In this document: piece after piece, positions 27,573 through 32,000 of the stretch
Numbering within the stretch: position 1 is the stretch's first letter
Layout of the letters: every line of letters starts with the position of its first letter
Origin: Synechococcus elongatus PCC 6301
GTDB lineage: Bacteria > Cyanobacteriota > Cyanobacteriia > Synechococcales > Synechococcaceae
Assembly (NCBI RefSeq): GCF_000010065.1
Contig: NC_006576.1
Coordinates: 300,001 to 332,000 of the forward strand
Direction: 5' to 3'
Length of the DNA: 32,000 nt
Program-made: the position numbers and the translations under genes
Notes under the pieces: generated by a model
Seen by the model: the letters and a program-made list of their open reading frames with translations, nothing else
Told to the model about the DNA's origin: nothing
Database searches by the model: none

Positions 27573-29027
27573 ATGTCTGCTGTGCATCTCACTGTCACCC
27601 CTCCGGGCCCGATTCGTTTTGGTACTGATGGCTGGCGGGGCGTGATCGCAGCTGATTTCACCTTTGAACGGCTCTTTCGTGCAGCTGGAGCAGCAGCCAA
27701 AGTCTTAGCTAGGACTTACGGTGATAACGGGTCTCGCCGCATTTTGGTCGGCTACGATCGCCGTTTTTTGTCAGAAGAATTTGCCAGCATTACCGCCCAA
27801 GCGATTCAAGCGGTCGGCCTCGAAGCCCAACTCGCCTCGAACTACGCCACAACTCCTGCCCTCAGTTGGGCAGTTCACGAGCAAGCCGCCCTGGGTGCCC
27901 TGGTCATTACGGCTAGCCACAACCCAGGACAATATTCCGGGCTGAAGATTAAAGGCGCTTTTGGCGGCTCAGTGCCCGGCAGTGTCACTGCTGAAGTCGA
28001 GGCGCTTTTAGATCAGGGCTTCACACCAGATCTGCCGGATTCCTCAAGTGCGATCGCCCGCTTCGATCCCTGGCAATCCTATCGGCAGATGCTGCGCCAG
28101 AAGGTTGATCTGGCTGCCATTCAAGCCGCGATCGCCGGCGGGCGACTGAGTGTGTTTGTCGATGTCATGCACGGCGCTGCTGCGGGTGCTTTGGCTCAGA
28201 TCCTAGAGGCGCCAGTCACAGAACTGCGCAGCGATCGCGATCCACTCTTTGGCGGCGGTGCACCGGAACCCTTAGCTGCCAATGTAGTTGGGCTCTGCCA
28301 GCGACTGAGTGATGGCGTCACTACACCTTTGGCAGTCGGCTTTGTCTTTGATGGCGACGGCGATCGCATTGCAGCGGTCGATCGCTCCGGTGAGTTTCTG
28401 AGCTCCCAGGTCTTAATTCCAGTACTGATTGAGCATCTAGCGGCCCGCCGCAGTTGTCCCGGCGAGCTAGTCAAAACCGTCAGTGGCTCGGACTTGATGC
28501 CCAAAGTTGCGGCACTCTTCAACATTCCTGTCACGGAACTTCCGGTTGGCTATAAATACATTGCCGATCGCATGCTGAGCCAAACCGTTCTATTAGGTGG
28601 CGAGGAGTCTGGCGGCATTGGCTACGGCAGTCATATCCCCGAGCGCGATGGTCTACTCTCAGCCCTCTACCTACTGGAAGCGATTGTCCAGAGCGATCGC
28701 AACCTCGGCGATCTCTATGCCGATCTGCAGGCTCGCACACAATTCCAATCGACCTACGATCGCATCGACCTGCCCCTAGCCGATATGAGTGCCCGCGATC
28801 GCGTTTTGCAAGCACTGCAGACCCAGACCCCCCAAGCGATCGCCGGTTTAGAAGTCATTAGTTACCAAACCATCGATGGTTTTAAGTTTCGGCTCAGCGA
28901 TGGTCGCTGGCTAATGGTGCGCTTTAGTGGCACCGAACCCCTGCTGCGGCTCTACTGCGAGGCATCCAGCCCAGAGGCCGTTCAGGAAACCCTCAACTGG
29001 GCTAAGGATTGGGCGCAGCGCTGCTGA
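27573..29027 (+). CDS. Phosphoglucomutase/phosphomannomutase family protein
   Basis: IRFGTDGWRGVIAADFTFE, active site VITASHNPGQYSGLKIK, FDGDGDRIAAVDRSG, and RFSGTEPLLRLYCEA. Confidence 0.93.
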   Translation: MSAVHLTVTPPGPIRFGTDGWRGVIAADFTFERLFRAAGAAAKVLARTYGDNGSRRILVGYDRRFLSEEFASITAQAIQAVGLEAQLASNYATTPALSWAVHEQAALGALVITASHNPGQYSGLKIKGAFGGSVPGSVTAEVEALLDQGFTPDLPDSSSAIARFDPWQSYRQMLRQKVDLAAIQAAIAGGRLSVFVDVMHGAAAGALAQILEAPVTELRSDRDPLFGGGAPEPLAANVVGLCQRLSDGVTTPLAVGFVFDGDGDRIAAVDRSGEFLSSQVLIPVLIEHLAARRSCPGELVKTVSGSDLMPKVAALFNIPVTELPVGYKYIADRMLSQTVLLGGEESGGIGYGSHIPERDGLLSALYLLEAIVQSDRNLGDLYADLQARTQFQSTYDRIDLPLADMSARDRVLQALQTQTPQAIAGLEVISYQTIDGFKFRLSDGRWLMVRFSGTEPLLRLYCEASSPEAVQETLNWAKDWAQRC

Positions 29028-29074
29028 AAGCCGTCGCTTTGGCAGTACGCTAACGGCAGTCGACCTCTGGCACC

Positions 29075-29854
29075 ATGACTGACGGTTTGCGCACCCCTCC
29101 CACCTTTGTTGCCTTTTGTCTGCGTCTGAGCGGGCTATTGATTGTGGTGGCAGGCATCCTCGGACTGCTGCTCCGCCTTCTGGCCGCTTCCTGGAGTGAG
29201 CTGACCTGGCGAGCCAGTTTTCTGGCGGAATTTGCCGATCGCGGGGTTATTCCGCTGATTGGTTTAGCCCCGTTTATTTTCGGCTGGGGCCTCGATGGTT
29301 TGTCGGGCCGCAGTGGGGGGCGCTGGCAACAGGTTCGCTTGCCGCTGTTTGCAGTGATCGCCTTACTGGGAGCGCTCTATTTGGCGGTCGTTCCGCTCTA
29401 TTGGAACGACAGCAGTGCGGCAGGTCGTGAGGCACGGCAGAACCTCAATAATCAAGTCGCTCAAACCGAAGCAGAAATCAATAACCGCTATCAAACCCAA
29501 GAGTCTGTTCTTGCGCAGCTGTTGGCCAGTCCTGACCAGATCGCGGAATTAGAACGGGCGATCGCGGCCAACCCCAATGCAACGATTCCCGACTTTCTGA
29601 AGAAGAATGCCGCTGATTTGCGCAACAACCCCGAGAAAGTGCGGCAGGCCCTGCGCAATGAGCAAAAACAAGAGCTCGATCGCGTCCAAGCTGAGCAGCA
29701 ACGCCAAGAGCGTCAGCTCAGTAGTGAATTGACCCGTAGCCAAGTGCGTATTGCCTTGAACGCCCTGCTGTTGGCGATCGCCTACCTCTGGCTGGGCAAT
29801 GCGGGCCTACGCTTGCCCCAACGCTCCACGGCGCAACCGGAAGCAGACGCATGA
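29075..29854 (+). CDS. HpsJ-like membrane protein
   Basis: Four hydrophobic segments around a coiled-coil/Q-rich loop: NLNNQVAQTEAEINNRYQTQESVLAQLL...NNPEKVRQALRNEQKQELDRVQAEQQRQERQL. Similar in layout to cyanobacterial HpsJ family proteins. Confidence 0.6.
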   Translation: MTDGLRTPPTFVAFCLRLSGLLIVVAGILGLLLRLLAASWSELTWRASFLAEFADRGVIPLIGLAPFIFGWGLDGLSGRSGGRWQQVRLPLFAVIALLGALYLAVVPLYWNDSSAAGREARQNLNNQVAQTEAEINNRYQTQESVLAQLLASPDQIAELERAIAANPNATIPDFLKKNAADLRNNPEKVRQALRNEQKQELDRVQAEQQRQERQLSSELTRSQVRIALNALLLAIAYLWLGNAGLRLPQRSTAQPEADA

Positions 29855-30428
29855 AGCCATTAGTCGTCGCAACAGGGAATCCGGGCAAACTGCAGGAGCT
29901 GCAAGCTTACTTGGCTGAGAGTGGCTGGACCTTGCAGCTGAAGCCAGCCGATTTAGAAATTGAGGAAACTGGCCAGACCTTCGCGGAGAATGCCGCCCTG
30001 AAAGCGCAACAAACCGCGATCGCGACGGGAGAATGGGCGATCGCTGATGACTCGGGACTGAGTGTCGATGCGTTAAACGGTGCCCCCGGACTGTTTTCCG
30101 CTCGCTGGGGCCATAGCGATCGCGATCGCATCGATCGCTTGCTGCGCGAACTTACAGGACATGAGCAGCGAACCGCAGCGTTCATCTGTGCGATCGCTGT
30201 TGCCTCACCCCAAGGCAACATTGTTCTGGCGGTCGAGGGCCATTGTCCCGGCGAAATCCTGACAGCCCCGCAGGGGGCGGGTGGCTTTGGATACGACCCT
30301 ATCTTCTGGGTGCCCGAGCTGTGCTCAGCTTTGCTGAGTTAGCGCCTGAGCAAAAACGCCAGGTCAGTCATCGCGGGCGAGCCCTTGCTCAGCTTTTGCC
30401 CCAACTGCGATCGGTGGCGACCCAGTAG
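29851..30428 (+). pseudogene. rdgB: XTP/dITP (non-canonical purine NTP) pyrophosphatase, apparently frameshifted near its 3' end
   Basis: Frame 1 (29851-30342) gives VVATGNPGKLQELQAYL...ADDSGLSVDALNGAPGLFSARW...GAGGFGYDPIFWVPELCSALLS*. The expected C-terminus SFAELAPEQKRQVSHRGRALAQLLPQL lies in the -1 frame (ORF 30243-30428). Confidence 0.75.
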
Positions 30429-30544
30429 ACGGCGCAGCCCTAGTCTCTATGCTCGCTGGGCCAAGAGCGAAGCAACGGAGAGAACTTGAACGAGAAGGCC
30501 AGTCGGCGATTGTTAAAATTCAGGCGGCAGGGCGAGGGCACTGA

Positions 30545-31258
30545 ATGTATGTACTGATTGGCGGCGCCGGCTTAATTGGACAACAGCTAGCTCGACAAGT
30601 GCTGGATCAGGGGCACACGGTCGCCGTGATCGATCAGGATCCCCAAGTCTGCAAGATGGTGCGCGATCGCCTTGGTGCTATGGCCTTTGAGGGCAGCGCC
30701 GTCAACACGGATATTTTGCTCGAAGCTGGGATCTGTCGCGCCGATGCCGTGGCAGCAGTCCTGCGCCAAGACGCACTCAATCTGGCATTGGTGACTCTGG
30801 CGTGTCACTACGGCGTCTCGCGGATTATCAGCCGCATCAGCCAGCAAGACTTCATTGAGCCGATGCGGTTGGCAGGAGCTCATCACATCATCAGCACGGT
30901 CGATCTGGTCGTCTCGACGATGGTCAACGCGATCGAATGCCCGCAGGTGGAATCGATGCTCCACTTCGAACAGGGGCAGATCGAGGTCTTCAAGTTGACC
31001 CTCGACAGTCAGTCACCGGTGATTGGCCGCAGTGTCGCAGCGATCGCGCAGGATCGGAACTTCCCCAGTTCGTCGCTGATCATTGGCTACCAGTCCCATC
31101 CCCAGGCAGATCTAGTGATTCCCAGTGGTAACACGGTGCTAGAGGCCAATGCGACGGTTCTGCTGGCAACCAAACCCGGACTGGTGCAATCCTTGGTCAA
31201 CTTTCTGATGCCCAGTCTCTTTAGTCCGCTTCAGCCCGCAGGAGTTCTGCATCAATAA
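30545..31258 (+). CDS. TrkA-N / TrkA-C NAD-binding K+ channel/transport regulatory-type protein
   Basis: MYVLIGGAGLIGQQLARQVLDQGHTVAVIDQDPQVC Rossmann motif and a C-terminal RCK_C-like domain. Confidence 0.85.
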   Translation: MYVLIGGAGLIGQQLARQVLDQGHTVAVIDQDPQVCKMVRDRLGAMAFEGSAVNTDILLEAGICRADAVAAVLRQDALNLALVTLACHYGVSRIISRISQQDFIEPMRLAGAHHIISTVDLVVSTMVNAIECPQVESMLHFEQGQIEVFKLTLDSQSPVIGRSVAAIAQDRNFPSSSLIIGYQSHPQADLVIPSGNTVLEANATVLLATKPGLVQSLVNFLMPSLFSPLQPAGVLHQ

Positions 31259-32000
31259 CCTGCAGGCGATCGGCGATCGCTTCCTCGGTCAGAATGCCTT
31301 TGCGCGCCGAATCGAGTAGGGCATTTTTTTCCACCAGCAGTAAGCGACGCTGCAGGCTCGAAAAAGCGGGAGCTGCGCTGTTGCGGAGATTGGTCGATCG
31401 CCGGTTGTAGAGGCCGCGCAGCGATTGCTCTGCTCCTGCGATCGCCAGTTGGTAGCGCGCCCGTAGTTCTTCATGGACTGCCTTGGGCAAGACCCCTGCA
31501 TCGTAGAGGTTCAGCAATTCCGATTGCACCGCTTTACCGGCAATCAGCTGCGCTTGCAGTTGTTCTGCTTCCTGCGATCGCGTCGAGCGGGTCGCCACCT
31601 TCAAGCGTTTGACAAACCAGGGCAAGCTCAACCCCTGCACCACCAGAGACAGCAACACCACCCCAAATACGAGGTTGACTAGTTCACTGCGGTTCCCGAG
31701 GGTAGCGGGCAAACTCAGCGCCAGAACCATCGAGAGCGAACCCTTGATATTGCCCAAAAACAACACATGCTGCCAGCGGAAGGGGATGGGGCGATCGAAA
31801 CGGTTGACCAGCGCCATCAGGGGATAGACCGTGACGAGGCGAGCAAGCTGGTAGGCCACGATCGCCAGCAGGACAGCCGGCAGCGTTTGCAGCAGCGATC
31901 GCGGATCGACTTCTACACCGATGAACAGAAAGATGAAAGTGTTGACGCAGAAGGCTGCGTACTCCCAAAAGTTGATCAGCGTCAGCCGACTTGAGGGGGA
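31221..32000 (-). CDS. C-terminal part of a CPA1-type Na+/H+ antiporter, 5' end outside the window
   Basis: The - strand frame stays open to the window edge (...FWEYAAFCVNTFIFLFIGVEVDPRSLLQTLPAVLLAIVAYQLARLV...GNIKGSLSMVLALSLP). It is followed by a long cytosolic helix. Confidence 0.85.
   Translation of the reverse strand, partial: SPSSRLTLINFWEYAAFCVNTFIFLFIGVEVDPRSLLQTLPAVLLAIVAYQLARLVTVYPLMALVNRFDRPIPFRWQHVLFLGNIKGSLSMVLALSLPATLGNRSELVNLVFGVVLLSLVVQGLSLPWFVKRLKVATRSTRSQEAEQLQAQLIAGKAVQSELLNLYDAGVLPKAVHEELRARYQLAIAGAEQSLRGLYNRRSTNLRNSAAPAFSSLQRRLLLVEKNALLDSARKGILTEEAIADRLQVIDAELLRAEAD

Noticed and set aside
27314-27700. 128-aa - strand ORF between mgtE and the phosphoglucomutase gene
   Set aside because: It overlaps the well-supported start of the phosphoglucomutase CDS. 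It has basic/Pro-rich composition typical of a chance frame and no recognisable motif.
74-32000. Frequent GCGATCGC / CGATCG palindromes throughout the window
   Set aside because: This is the known HIP1 repeat, normal for this lineage, so only its local absence is reported. It is not a CRISPR or phage signature.
1-32000. Search for a novel defence, retron, CRISPR, toxin-antitoxin or mobile system
   Set aside because: No regularly spaced repeats, transposase, integrase, reverse transcriptase, nuclease or toxin-antitoxin-like gene pair could be recognised. The gene content is mostly core cyanobacterial.

Overview
The window looks like an ordinary cyanobacterial chromosome segment, and its gene content and sequence strongly resemble Synechococcus elongatus (PCC 7942/6301 type). 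HIP1 octamers (GCGATCGC) are dense. The window carries recognisable housekeeping genes: spkB-like kinase, pheT, dnaG, smtB/smtA metallothionein locus, PmbA/TldE protease, a molybdopterin biosynthesis cluster (moeA, fused moaC-moaB, moaD, moaE, moaA), rpmI-rplT, an orphan solute-binding protein, a DUF389 protein, a TPR protein, bifunctional nnr, an HLIP-like protein, mgtE, phosphoglucomutase, an HpsJ-like protein, rdgB, a TrkA-N/C protein and part of a CPA1 antiporter. I found no CRISPR array, transposase, prophage, tRNA or rRNA, and no convincing new defence or mobile system. The points most worth a second look are: (1) rdgB appears to be broken by a -1 frameshift near 30,320; (2) an AT-richer RTX/VCBS gene lies in a gap of about 2.46 kb without any HIP1 site; (3) a 39-aa basic ORF with a strong Shine-Dalgarno sequence was missed by the ORF track at 16,339-16,458; (4) two diverged copies of a hairpin-containing intergenic element occur near 18.8 and 22.3 kb; (5) a + strand terminator with no host gene lies near 9.2 kb; (6) a hypothetical protein appears to contain a duplicated MshEN-like module.
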